A DNA stretch of 64,000 nucleotides from Candidatus Latescibacterota bacterium (GTDB lineage: Bacteria; Latescibacterota; UBA2968; GCA-2709665): positions 5,024,001-5,088,000 of the forward strand of contig CBDCOX010000002.1 in the NCBI GenBank assembly GCA_965219995.1. Reading direction: 5' to 3'. Position 1 is the first letter of the stretch; each line of letters opens with the position of its first letter. The notes beneath the pieces were generated by a model that searched no databases, had not been told where the DNA came from, and worked only from the letters and a program-made list of their open reading frames with translations. Made by a program: the position numbers and the translations under genes. This document shows, piece by piece, positions 10,977 to 22,969 of this stretch.

Positions 10977-11077
10977 CATTTCGGGTGTTTCAGGGTTCTC
11001 TTTGTGTCTTTGTGTCTCCGTGTGAGCTGATTTTCGCTTCAAGCTGACGGCTGAGAGCTGAAAGCTATTGGCTGCCT

Positions 11078-12010
11078 TTAGTCCCCTTCAAAAAGCGCTG
11101 TCACAAATGCGTCCGGTTCGAAGTCGCTCAGATCGTCCTGACCTTCGCCCAGGCCGACCATGCAGACGGGTAGACCGAGTTCGTCGGCAATCGCGATGAC
11201 AACGCCGCCTTTGGCCGTGCCGTCCAATTTGGCCAGAACCAGGCCGGTAATGCCGATGTCCGCGTGAAACTGCCGTGCCTGAGCCACGGCGTTCTGTCCC
11301 GTGGTCGCGTCCAGAACCAGCAGGGTCTCGTGCGGGGCGCCGGGGACGCATTTGCCCAGGACGCGGTGAATTTTCTTGAGTTCCTCCATCAGATTGACGC
11401 TGGTGTGGAGCCGCCCCGCGGTGTCGATGATGACGACGTCCATTTCGCGGGACCGGGCGGCGGAAAGGGCGTCGAACGCCACGGAGGCGGCGTCCGCTCC
11501 CGGCCGATGGCGAACGATATCGGCGCCGGAACGTTCGGCCCAGATCGTAAGCTGGTCGATTGCGGCAGCCCGAAACGTATCGCATGCGGCCAGAAGCACC
11601 CGCTGGCCACTCGCGCCGTACCGGCAGGCCAGCTTTCCGATCGTGGTCGTCTTTCCCGATCCGTTGACACCGGCCACGAGGATGACGTGCGGCCTGGTCC
11701 GGGGAGGTATCGGGGAAGCGGGTTGCGCGTTCCGCAGGATTTCCATCAGTTCGGCTTCGAGCCGGCCGCGGACCCAGTCTTCCGTCCCTTCCGGCGCTGC
11801 ACCTTCCCGCAGGCGCTCGCGAAGACGGTCGATGATCCGTAGCGTGGCATTCACACCCACGTCGGACCGGATGAGGATTTCTTCGATCTCCTCGAGGGTT
11901 TCTTCATCCAGTTTCGGGCTTCGGCGCAGAACCTCGGTGATTCTTCCGGACAGCCCCTCCCGGGTCTTTGCGAGACCCTGCTTGAATTTTTCCAGGAAAT
12001 TTCCGAGCAT
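11078..12010 (-). CDS. ftsY: signal recognition particle receptor FtsY
   Basis: GVNGSGKTTTIGKLA, DTFRAAA, DTAGR, KLDGTAKGG. Confidence 0.97.
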   Translation of the reverse strand: MLGNFLEKFKQGLAKTREGLSGRITEVLRRSPKLDEETLEEIEEILIRSDVGVNATLRIIDRLRERLREGAAPEGTEDWVRGRLEAELMEILRNAQPASPIPPRTRPHVILVAGVNGSGKTTTIGKLACRYGASGQRVLLAACDTFRAAAIDQLTIWAERSGADIVRHRPGADAASVAFDALSAARSREMDVVIIDTAGRLHTSVNLMEELKKIHRVLGKCVPGAPHETLLVLDATTGQNAVAQARQFHADIGITGLVLAKLDGTAKGGVVIAIADELGLPVCMVGLGEGQDDLSDFEPDAFVTALFEGD

Positions 12011-12110
12011 TGCTGCCGCGGGCTCCTCGTGTTCGCCATGGAGACGGGAGAATCAGACAGGGGCACGGCGCGCCGTGCCCCCGGGTGTACTCTTCGGTGG
12101 CGTTCGACCG

Positions 12111-13016
12111 TCAGTAAGTCGATTCCCGGAGGAGGTCCAGGATGCGTTCGAGATCGTCGTCGGTGTAGAACTCGATTTCGATTTTTCCCTTTTTTCCCCG
12201 GCGGTTGATGTTCACCCCCGTCCCGAGTCGACGCTGAAGGTCTTCTTCCAGCGAGAGAGTCTGGGGGTCCTTTGCCGCGGGACCGGCCCCGGTCGGTTTC
12301 CGGCGACCTGTTCTTCCGGCTTTGACAAGGCTTTCAACCTGTCTTACGGAAAGGCCGTCGGCGATGATTTTTCTGCTGAGATTCACCTGGAGACGATCGT
12401 CGGCCAGGCCCAGCAGCGCGCGGGCGTGGCCCATCGAAATCTGATTGTCCTTCAGGGCGTTTCTGACTTCCTCCGAGAGGTGCAGAAGACGCAGGGTGTT
12501 GGTCACGGTGGACCGGTTCTTGCCGACTTTCTGCGCCACCTCTTCCTGAGTCAGGAAGCAGGTCTCCATCAGCGCCCTGTAAGCGCGGGCTTCTTCAATC
12601 GGATTCAGATCCTCCCGTTGTACGTTCTCGATCAGGGAGATTTCCATCATTTCCTGATCGGACCCCACCTCCAGCAGGATGGCGGGGACGGTCGCCAGGC
12701 CGGCCTTCTTCGCGGCGCGGAGCCGGCGCTCGCCTGCAATGAGCTGGTATCTCGACCCGTAGCGCCGGGCGACGACGGGCTGGATGACCCCTTTCTCCCG
12801 GATCGAGTCCGCCAGTTCCTGTACGGCATCCGGATCGAACTCGGACCGGGGCTGGTGCGTGTTGGGCTCGAGATCTCCGATGTCAATCTCAAGCACCCGC
12901 GCGTGCGGATGGAGATCACCCGTATCCGTTGAACCCGCAGTCCGCTCCGGCGCGGATTCGTCGGCGCCGGGGATCAGCGCGCCCAGGCCTCTGCCCAGGA
13001 CGTTACGCTTTGCCAT
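12111..13016 (-). CDS. parB: chromosome partitioning protein ParB
   Basis: LGRGLGALI, QPR..F, IAGERRLRA, ENVQREDLNPIEEA, HTH. Confidence 0.96.
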   Translation of the reverse strand: MAKRNVLGRGLGALIPGADESAPERTAGSTDTGDLHPHARVLEIDIGDLEPNTHQPRSEFDPDAVQELADSIREKGVIQPVVARRYGSRYQLIAGERRLRAAKKAGLATVPAILLEVGSDQEMMEISLIENVQREDLNPIEEARAYRALMETCFLTQEEVAQKVGKNRSTVTNTLRLLHLSEEVRNALKDNQISMGHARALLGLADDRLQVNLSRKIIADGLSVRQVESLVKAGRTGRRKPTGAGPAAKDPQTLSLEEDLQRRLGTGVNINRRGKKGKIEIEFYTDDDLERILDLLRESTY

Positions 13017-13770
13017 GGTCGATGACCTCCCCGGCCAGGCTCATGTAATTCCGAGCCCCTTGAGACATAATATCATACAGGATGATGGGCTTGCCGAAAC
13101 TCGGCGCTTCGCCGAGTTTGACGTTTCGGCCGATGATGGTGTCGTATACCCGCGTTCCGAAGTGGTGACGGGCCTCATCCACAACCTGCCGGGAGAGATT
13201 CAGCCGGGAATCGAACATCGTGAGCAGCACGCCCTCGATACTGAGCGGGGGATTCAGTTGGCGCTGGACCAACCGCAGCGTATTCAACAGCTTGCCGACG
13301 CCCTCCAGCGCATAGTATTCGCACTGAATGGGAATGAGGACGGAGCCGGCAGCGGTAAGTGCATTGAGCGTCAGCAACCCCAGGGAGGGCGGACAATCGA
13401 TCAACAGGAAATCGTAACTCTCGCCGGCGCCTTCCAGCGCAACCCTGAGGCGGTGCTCACGGGCGCCGAGGTTGACCATTTCGACTTCGGCCCCGGTGAG
13501 GCGCACGTGCGACGGGGCCACGTTCAGAAAGGGAATCTCGGTTTCCCGGGTGATGTCGGAAAGCGGACACTCCTGGACGAGTACCTCGTAGATGCAGGGT
13601 TCTTCCCGCGCCACGGACACACCAAAACTGCTGGTGGCGTTGGATTGCGGATCCAGGTCGACGAGCAGTGTCTTCTTTTCCGCGGCCGCCAGACATGCGG
13701 ACAGGTTGACCGCGGTTGTGGTCTTTCCGACGCCGCCTTTCTGGTTTGCAATGGCAATGACTCTCGGCAT
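13003..13770 (-). CDS. parA: chromosome partitioning ATPase ParA/Soj
   Basis: NQKGGVGKTTT, DLDPQSNA, DCPPSLG, QCEYYALEG; start reassigned to ATG 13770. Confidence 0.96.
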   Translation of the reverse strand: MPRVIAIANQKGGVGKTTTAVNLSACLAAAEKKTLLVDLDPQSNATSSFGVSVAREEPCIYEVLVQECPLSDITRETEIPFLNVAPSHVRLTGAEVEMVNLGAREHRLRVALEGAGESYDFLLIDCPPSLGLLTLNALTAAGSVLIPIQCEYYALEGVGKLLNTLRLVQRQLNPPLSIEGVLLTMFDSRLNLSRQVVDEARHHFGTRVYDTIIGRNVKLGEAPSFGKPIILYDIMSQGARNYMSLAGEVIDHGKA

Positions 13771-13799
13771 AAATGGAAGACCCCGTGCGGCGGGCACGG

Positions 13800-16454
<2,655 letters not shown>

Positions 16455-16474
16455 GTTATTCCTCGTATTGGATA

Positions 16475-17710
16475 TCAGGGGTTCCGTCCGATTGCGGTTC
16501 CCCGGCCCTTATCGGCCGTGTTGGCGTTTCCGGATGCCGTGGTGATCACCGTGTCTGACGCAGTCTGGCCGGGCGAGCCGGGTTGTGCTCGGCCTCGTCT
16601 GTCTCGATCCCGGGATTCCTCGCGACTGGCCCGGACCACGTTGCGGTCTTCAATATTGAGGAGGGTCTTGAGGATGCTTCGCCGGCCCACAATGATGCGC
16701 AGGTCCGCCGTGGAGCCGTATTTGAGTGGTAGCGGGGTCTCCAGAATGCGGATTTCCAACTCGAATGTGCGGACGCCGGCGCCGTGAACCGCGTATCCGT
16801 AGAACCTGGAGATTTCGCCGGCGCCTATGAATTCTTCGCGGTCGTTGAAGAGATTGCTGAGGATTTCGACGGGGTGTCCGAGGCGGATTTTCCAGGCGTT
16901 GGTTTCCTGAACCCAGGCGTCGATTGTGTCGTCCCCGCCTTCGCCGGCGATGATGAGTACGATCTGCCCCTGTTCGGCCAGCATACCGGGATGCAGGTCC
17001 CGCCTGGCCACAACACCGTTTACGGGGGACCTCATGGTGGCCAGCTCAAGGCTCTCGCGGGCGCCCTTGAGGCTGCTGCGGGCTTTCGCGAGCGCCGCGC
17101 CGGCCTGACGGACTTCGGCCGCCGCCTGTCGAAGCTCGGAAGGCGACGCGCCGCGTCGGGTGAGGCTGAGGACCTCGGTGGCGACTTTCAGATTGGTTTC
17201 GGCGAGTTGATGGTTGGTTTTCGCGCGCTCGAGCTCCTCGACGCTCCAGAGGCGCTCGCCCAGGTAGAGGTGTTCGGCGCGGTGCAGTTCCTGCTTGCGG
17301 GCTTTCAGCGCAATCTGTGCCTGCTCGACCCGGGATTCCGCAATTTTCAGCGCTTCCGCCGTGGGCTTTTCTTCCAGAAGCGCCAGGTTCGCCCGGGCGT
17401 GCTCCAGATTGGCCTCACCGCGCTGGACCTCCTTCCCGGCCGCTTCGACCGCGGACTTGAGGTCGCCGTTGTAGAGCTGTACCACCGGCTGACCGGCCTT
17501 CACCAGCGACCCGGCTTCGCAATGGATGGCTTCGATCACCCGCTTGAGCGGAGAGTCCACAAAGATCTTCTTCCCGGGCTCCACGATACCCTGGGCCATG
17601 ACCACGTCGTCTATTTCAATGAGCGACAACGTAAGAATTACAGCCGCCAGCACGCCCCCGATCCACAGAATCCACTTCAGCACGCGGTGCTTGCGTCGCC
17701 TGCGCATCAT
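16475..17710 (-). CDS. HlyD-family membrane fusion protein
   Basis: N-terminal TM anchor, split lipoyl-like halves (VKAGQPV; RSPVNGVV) around a long coiled coil. Confidence 0.8.
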   Translation of the reverse strand: MMRRRRKHRVLKWILWIGGVLAAVILTLSLIEIDDVVMAQGIVEPGKKIFVDSPLKRVIEAIHCEAGSLVKAGQPVVQLYNGDLKSAVEAAGKEVQRGEANLEHARANLALLEEKPTAEALKIAESRVEQAQIALKARKQELHRAEHLYLGERLWSVEELERAKTNHQLAETNLKVATEVLSLTRRGASPSELRQAAAEVRQAGAALAKARSSLKGARESLELATMRSPVNGVVARRDLHPGMLAEQGQIVLIIAGEGGDDTIDAWVQETNAWKIRLGHPVEILSNLFNDREEFIGAGEISRFYGYAVHGAGVRTFELEIRILETPLPLKYGSTADLRIIVGRRSILKTLLNIEDRNVVRASREESRDRDRRGRAQPGSPGQTASDTVITTASGNANTADKGRGTAIGRNP

Positions 17711-17727
17711 TACCGAAACCCTTTTTC

Positions 17728-17756
17728 TTGACAGGGGAGAACGGCTTGTCTATATT
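17728..17756 (+). promoter_or_regulatory. sigma70 promoter of tRNA-Lys
   Basis: TTGACA-N17-TATATT. Confidence 0.75.
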
Positions 17757-17810
17757 CATCACTTTGCCCGATCGCGTAGCGGTTTTCAGGGCGTGGTCCG
17801 GGTGCGGAAT

Positions 17811-17882
17811 GGGCCCGTAGCTCAGGGGTAGAGCAGCGGCCTTTTAAGCCGTTGGTCGAAGGTTCAAATCCTTCCGGGCTCA
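17811..17882 (+). tRNA. tRNA-Lys (anticodon UUU), CCA not encoded
   Basis: Acceptor GGGCCCG/CGGGCTC, D-arm GCTC..GAGC, anticodon arm GCGGC-CTTTTAA-GCCGT, T-loop GGTTCAAATCC. Confidence 0.96.
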
Positions 17883-17916
17883 TTTAACTATCTTAAAATA
17901 AACGACTTGATATTAT

Positions 17917-17949
17917 AAAAGGCCCGGATCGCAACCGATCGGGCTTTTT
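17917..17949 (+). terminator. probable terminator after tRNA-Lys
   Basis: AAAAGGCCCG..GATC..GATC..GGGCTTTTT imperfect hairpin with T-tail. Confidence 0.6.
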
Positions 17950-18125
17950 GGTTTCCTGTTTCGGAAGGTCCCACGATTTCGCGAAACGCCAGCGATATTT
18001 AGTCTCACAAGTTATCATATCATTGCTCAAAAGTCAAGGCGATTCCAATCTCAGATCGCGCGGGTTCGGACCGTCTCCTTCCCGGAATCCGGCACTCCGG
18101 ACGATATCAATTTTAAATTTATGTC

Positions 18126-18154
18126 TTGACATTGCGAAATGATTTCATTATTCT
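18126..18154 (+). promoter_or_regulatory. sigma70 promoter of cysH
   Basis: TTGACA-N17-TATTCT. Confidence 0.6.
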
Positions 18155-18216
18155 TGACTAACTTGATTAACAATATTATAAATCAAGCCGCAGAGGACCT
18201 GCAGCAGAGGCTGTAC

Positions 18217-18966
18217 ATGAGTATCGAAGCGCAGGACATCGACGATTTCGCCGACGCATTGGATGGCGCGCGGCCGGAGGAAATCCTGGAGTGGGCCTGG
18301 AGGAACCTGGGTCCCGCCGTCGCGATGAGCACGGCATTCGGGCCCAGTGGCATGGTGCTTATCGATATGGCGCAAAGGGTGGTCCCGAAACTACCTGTTT
18401 TCACCATCGACACCGGATATCTGTTCGCTGAAACGCTGGCGCTGAAGGAGCGCATCGAGGCGCGTTACGATATTCAGATCGAGTCCCTGCACCCTCGCTT
18501 GAGCGTGCCCGAACAGGACCGCGCCTGTGGCCCCGATCTTTACAAAAAGGATCCGGACCGTTGTTGCGCGATGCGCAAGGTGGAACCGCTGCAGCGGAAA
18601 CTGGCAGGCCTGAACGGCTGGATCGCAGGTCTCAGGAGAGATCAATCCGGAACCCGCGCGGGCGTACGCGTCGTGGAAGCCTACCGGACCAGCGGGGGAC
18701 GGGTCGTGGCCAAGGTAAACCCACTTGCCGCCTGGACCCGGAAGCAGGTCTGGGATTACGTCATTGAAAACGGTCTGCCGTACAATTCGCTCATGGACCG
18801 GGGCTATTCCAGCATCGGCTGTTGGCCGTGTACCCGGCCGGCGGCGCCCGGCGCCGACGAACGCGCGGGACGCTGGGCGGGTACGTCCAAGACGGAATGC
18901 GGGATGCACGCGCCGTTGATGGAGGTCGAGATTCCTGAAGTGGAGGGACAACTGGCGGCGGGATAA
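18217..18966 (+). CDS. cysH: adenosine 5'-phosphosulfate (APS)/PAPS reductase, Fe-S type
   Basis: IDTGYLF, CCAMRKVEP, GLRRDQ, SIGCWPCT, ERAGRW, ECGMH; CC plus CxxC ligands indicate the APS-reductase type; start ATG 18217. Confidence 0.93.
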   Translation: MSIEAQDIDDFADALDGARPEEILEWAWRNLGPAVAMSTAFGPSGMVLIDMAQRVVPKLPVFTIDTGYLFAETLALKERIEARYDIQIESLHPRLSVPEQDRACGPDLYKKDPDRCCAMRKVEPLQRKLAGLNGWIAGLRRDQSGTRAGVRVVEAYRTSGGRVVAKVNPLAAWTRKQVWDYVIENGLPYNSLMDRGYSSIGCWPCTRPAAPGADERAGRWAGTSKTECGMHAPLMEVEIPEVEGQLAAG

Positions 18967-19002
18967 TCGGGGTCGGACAGTCTGCGGTCAGGGATCGGAC
19001 GC

Positions 19003-19047
19003 AAAAAACATCGGCGGAAGCGAACACGGCTTCCGCCGATGTTTTTT
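19003..19047. terminator. intrinsic terminator after cysH
   Basis: AAAAAACATCGGCGGAAGC-loop-GCTTCCGCCGATGTTTTTT. Confidence 0.85.
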
Positions 19048-19102
19048 GCTGACCTGCTCCGCCGCCGAATTTATACGGGCAACCCTTGTGGTTGTAAAAA
19101 AT

Positions 19103-19217
19103 GGTAAGACGGGAGACGTTAGACGGGAGATGATATCCTCGCCCGATTGGTTATACCTCTATGCCTCCGGCAAAAAATGAATACGCACCGGGCAATCACA
19201 TCCTCTACCCTCTCACC
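19103..19217. repeat. nested-hairpin intergenic repeat, copy B
   Basis: AGACGGG heptamers, core GCCCGATTGG...ATGCCTCCGGCA..AAATGAA..GCACCGGGCA..CATCCTCT. Confidence 0.8.
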
Positions 19218-19263
19218 GCCTTTATGGCAATTATAACAACTCACGTTTTACGTCTGCTCACTC

Positions 19264-19287
19264 GGGAGCGAGGGCATCCTGCCCTCG
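19264..19287. repeat. REP-like palindrome
   Basis: GGGAG-CGAGGGCA-TCC-TGCCCTCG perfect 8-bp stem. Confidence 0.5.
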
Positions 19288-19500
19288 ACGCGCCCATTCG
19301 ACGCCTGTCGCTTCAGGGCGCAGACGTCAACGGATAGGGTTGTGATTCAAGCCGACGGCCGATAGCTGTTTCCCGACGGCTGATGGTGAGCGGCGCGATT
19401 CCAGCCACGAAAAGACTCCCGCTCCGCGACGAGGCGGGCGGGAGGTGGAAAATCGGAGGCGAGTTCAGCGACGTCTCCACGCCACGGGACGACGGTGAAT

Positions 19501-21531
19501 CTAACTGCCAACCTGCGATCCGAAGGCCTTCGAAAAAATCAGAAAATCTGAAAAGCCAATCTCACCGTCCTCGTCCAAGTCGAACGTGGGATCGAAGTCT
19601 TCGTCGGATGACGTCGCGCCAAACGCGCTCGCGAATGCGATGAAATCAGGGAACACAACCGCCCCGTCGCGGTCAAAATCCGGAGAAGGCGGATCCCCTT
19701 CGACGACGGTTATTCGGCGGAAATATTCAGAAATATAAGTCACCCCATTCTGCCTTACGCCCAAATTAAGGAAAACTTCGCCGGTTTCTCTTGACGTAAA
19801 AGAGATGTTTTTGCTGAATCGACCGTTTGTGACCGTCGCGAGAATGACTTTCTCCCATTCGTCGTGCTCAAAATGCAATTTGACCGCGTTGGAAATAGAC
19901 GAATCGGACACCGTGCCGCTGATCCGTATGCCCTCTCCCGTTCTGAATTGGACAGGTAGTGGCGGTTCAAAGCGAGCTTTGGGCGTGTAACCTCTCGGTA
20001 CATCCAAACGTGGCCGCCAATTCTTCGGGATTGGGATGAATTGTGCGCGAGTCTCGCCTTTCGGATCGACTGTAATGGTCAGCGGAATTCTGCCTCCATC
20101 TCCAACAATGCGTACGTAGGCTGAGGAGAGCTGGTAAACGAACCCGTTGATGGTGAGCCCTCCGGATGAATCGGGCTTGACGGCATCATTATAGCCGTCG
20201 TGCTGGTACCCTCCTTCAGGCCAGACGATGTGTTCTTCGGGGAGGGGGAAAGCCCGTCCCTGGGAAATGTTGTCTGCGAGAGGTGGCGTCGTATAGTTAA
20301 ACCTGGCGTTTAGGCCCAATCCACTCAAAAACAGCCTTAAAACGTGCCTTTCGAAAATGTCTGCGATCGGTTGTCCAATCACGTTTTCGACGTTTGAAAT
20401 TCCAGTCCTTTGTGTCTGTACGAGCCTTGTCAGAACACCCGATCCAAACTCCTCGACGGCGCTGCGCAGAAACATATAGGCGGCGCCCCGTCGGTACGAG
20501 TTTGGAGAAGACAATGCTCCTAGAGCGCCGCTATGTGTATTATCGAGGAAGTTGCCGATCCACCTGTGGTTTGTCTTGTCATTCTCGCCGATCAGGTCTT
20601 CAGCAACATGCGACAACCCTTCATTGAGCCAGATATGCTCTGAGTTTCCCTTTCGGACGAGCACACGCTGGTTGAAGTTGATGAGGTGCTGGAATTCGTG
20701 AGCGATCACCGCATCGAACTTGCGAGGTTCGAGACCTGGATTGACGTAGAACATATCGGACCGATTGCCGTTGCCTCCCTGGCTTGCCGGAAGCAATGCC
20801 AAGGCATCGAACATTCCGGCCTTGGAGGCAAAGATAACGTCTGGGTCAGGATCCATGAGGTGGGTGTAAAGGAAATGGATTTTGCCGTCGTTGTCGACGT
20901 CTGATCCGTCTCCGAACGTCGAGGTGAGGATGGGATAGGTCTTTCTGCTGAAGCGGTCTATATGCGCCTGGATCTGCACCTTGCTGACGCGGCTGATGTC
21001 GGCAATATCCACGTATGCGATTGCACGCTGGCTCGTTGCGACGAGAACGGCGGTAATCGTGGTATCTTCATCTATAATCTGGCACGCATAGCCTGGAAAG
21101 ACGAACTTCCTGTTGCTGCCGATCTCTTGAGGAACGGCCTTGGCCGCGTATGGACGAAAGCCGCCGGACGCCTGTAGTCGGCGTGCGAGTTCCTGTTCCT
21201 GCTCGCGAAGCTTGCTCTTAAGGCTCATGCCGTTAGGGAGAGATGCTGACGGTATTTCAACAGGATGACGGGCGACTGCCGGTTGAGAATCCCCGTAGGC
21301 TGCGGTTACGGAGAAGCCAAACGGACTGCGTAATCCCCACGGACCCGGTTCGGCGTCAGTTCGTGTCGAATAGAGGATCAACTGATAGTCGCGGTCTGAA
21401 AAGTCAAGGGCTACTGTCGTTGACCCTTCAGCAAGATCGACCCTAAAGGGTTCGCCGATTTCCTGGGAGTGGGTGGCGTGAGAGCAAAATAACAGCAAGA
21501 GCAAACCACAGGCAGAGTGCCACATATCCAC
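19501..21531 (-). CDS. secreted gluzincin metallopeptidase (M30/hyicolysin-like) with C-terminal paired EF-hand/dockerin-like motif
   Basis: Signal peptide; DVDNDGKI; HEFQH...WLNEGLS zinc site; DFDRDGAVVFPDF...DLDEDGEIGFSDF; start may be ATG 21525. Confidence 0.8.
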   Translation of the reverse strand: MDMWHSACGLLLLLFCSHATHSQEIGEPFRVDLAEGSTTVALDFSDRDYQLILYSTRTDAEPGPWGLRSPFGFSVTAAYGDSQPAVARHPVEIPSASLPNGMSLKSKLREQEQELARRLQASGGFRPYAAKAVPQEIGSNRKFVFPGYACQIIDEDTTITAVLVATSQRAIAYVDIADISRVSKVQIQAHIDRFSRKTYPILTSTFGDGSDVDNDGKIHFLYTHLMDPDPDVIFASKAGMFDALALLPASQGGNGNRSDMFYVNPGLEPRKFDAVIAHEFQHLINFNQRVLVRKGNSEHIWLNEGLSHVAEDLIGENDKTNHRWIGNFLDNTHSGALGALSSPNSYRRGAAYMFLRSAVEEFGSGVLTRLVQTQRTGISNVENVIGQPIADIFERHVLRLFLSGLGLNARFNYTTPPLADNISQGRAFPLPEEHIVWPEGGYQHDGYNDAVKPDSSGGLTINGFVYQLSSAYVRIVGDGGRIPLTITVDPKGETRAQFIPIPKNWRPRLDVPRGYTPKARFEPPLPVQFRTGEGIRISGTVSDSSISNAVKLHFEHDEWEKVILATVTNGRFSKNISFTSRETGEVFLNLGVRQNGVTYISEYFRRITVVEGDPPSPDFDRDGAVVFPDFIAFASAFGATSSDEDFDPTFDLDEDGEIGFSDFLIFSKAFGSQVGS

Positions 21532-21675
21532 TCCATTTCACGATGTCGTCCAATTCTTGTGTACTTCTCACGAGGATTTCATTGTGTACAGTTAATTTAA
21601 CGTGTCCTTATGAGTGATGTCAAGAATTCTTGGGTAAGGAGCGAACTGCCATCGCTTGATATACGCCTCGTTTTG

Positions 21676-21876
21676 CTCCCCCTCTCCCTCCGGGAGAGGG
21701 GGTCGGGGGGAGAGGTCGCCCAAGACCGGTGAGACGTGAGCCGGTAGACGGTAGAGGAAGACAATTACAGCAGTGTTTCCACGTAAACCGTGCCTGTTGA
21801 TTTACCGTTATCGTAACGACAAGAAAAACCGAAGGGCACTCATATAATCTCCCGTCTACCCTCTCCCGTCTACCCG
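21676..21876. repeat. composite repeat: purine palindrome (21676-21716) plus heptamer-armed hairpin (21726-21876) with a different core
   Basis: GGTGAGACGTGAGCCGGTAGACG resembles 10618-10640; closing arms CCCGTCTACCCTCTCCCGTCTACCC. Confidence 0.7.
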
Positions 21877-21893
21877 CCTTTTGCCGTTTGCCC

Positions 21894-21921
21894 TTGACAA
21901 AGCCGGTCGCCGACGTATATT
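21894..21921 (+). promoter_or_regulatory. sigma70 promoter of the cysM operon
   Basis: TTGACA-N16-TATATT. Confidence 0.6.
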
Positions 21922-22018
21922 GTTTTTGCTGCTTGGTCCCGGGCACCACGGGGCCATTTTTGTACGTGATCGAAGCGTGAGTCTTTCTCCCGCCCGAACG
22001 GCCTCGAAGGGGTTTTCT

Positions 22019-22957
22019 TTGGAACACCAGGTCTTGAGTACGGACGTCGGTTCCCGGATTCAGCCGACCATCGTCGAGCACGTCGGCAGGACGCCGTTGT
22101 TGCGCATCCGGAAGTTCGCGGACCACCTGGACGGCGTTGAGATTTACGCGAAAATGGAGATGTTCAATCCGGGCGGATCGGTCAAGGACCGGCCGGCGCT
22201 GCAGATGATCCGGGACGCCGTCGCATCCGGTGAGCTGACTCCGGACAAGGTGATTATCGACTCCACGTCCGGGAATACGGGCATCGCCTACGCAATGATC
22301 GGCGCGGCGCTGGGGTACCGGGTGGAACTGGTGATGCCCGGCAGCGTGAGCGTGGAACGCAGGCACGTGATCCAGGCGTACGGGGCCAGCCTCGTTCTGA
22401 GCGATCCGCTGGAAGGCTCCGACGGCGCCATTCTCAAGTGCAGGGAGATTCTCGCGGCGAATCCGGATCGGTATTACAAGCCGGACCAGTACAATAACCC
22501 CTCGAATCCCAGGGCGCACTATCTGCAGACCGCGCCCGAAATCTGGCGGCAGACGCGCGGCCGCGTGACCCATTTCGTGACGACCCTCGGCACCAGCGGC
22601 ACGTTGATCGGCACCGGCCGGCGGCTGAAGGAATACAACCCCGAAATCCAGATTATCGCCGTGGAGCCGCCCGAGTTTCACGGAATCGAAGGACTCAAGA
22701 ATATGGACGTGTCCATCGTGCCGGGCATTTACGACCCTTCGGTGTGGGATCACAAGATCCGCGTGGAGACCGAAGACGCCTATGCGGCCGCCAGGCGGCT
22801 GACGCGCGAGCTGGGCGTTCCCGCCGGACAGTCGTGCGGCGCGGCCTTCGCCGGGGCGTTGCACGTGGCCGAGGATGCGGGAGAAGGGGTGGTGGTTACT
22901 CTGTTCCCGGACAGCGGCGAGAAATACATGAGCACGCCGCTCTGGCGCCTGGACTGA
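22019..22957 (+). CDS. cysM: PLP-dependent cysteine synthase, CysM-like (probably sulfur-carrier dependent)
   Basis: NPGGSVKDR, STSGNTG, DQYNNPSN, GTSGT, HGIEGLK; adjacent to mec and cysO; start uncertain (TTG 22019 with GAAGGGG SD). Confidence 0.85.
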   Translation: MEHQVLSTDVGSRIQPTIVEHVGRTPLLRIRKFADHLDGVEIYAKMEMFNPGGSVKDRPALQMIRDAVASGELTPDKVIIDSTSGNTGIAYAMIGAALGYRVELVMPGSVSVERRHVIQAYGASLVLSDPLEGSDGAILKCREILAANPDRYYKPDQYNNPSNPRAHYLQTAPEIWRQTRGRVTHFVTTLGTSGTLIGTGRRLKEYNPEIQIIAVEPPEFHGIEGLKNMDVSIVPGIYDPSVWDHKIRVETEDAYAAARRLTRELGVPAGQSCGAAFAGALHVAEDAGEGVVVTLFPDSGEKYMSTPLWRLD

Positions 22958-22969
22958 AGGAGAGCGGAT

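Noticed and set aside
17883-18120. AT-rich tract after tRNA-Lys as an integrative-element junction
   Set aside because: No integrase and no duplicated tRNA 3' end seen in the window
21774-21790. parS-like sequence TGTTTCCACGTAAACC
   Set aside because: Too many mismatches to TGTTNCACGTGAAACA and not palindromic
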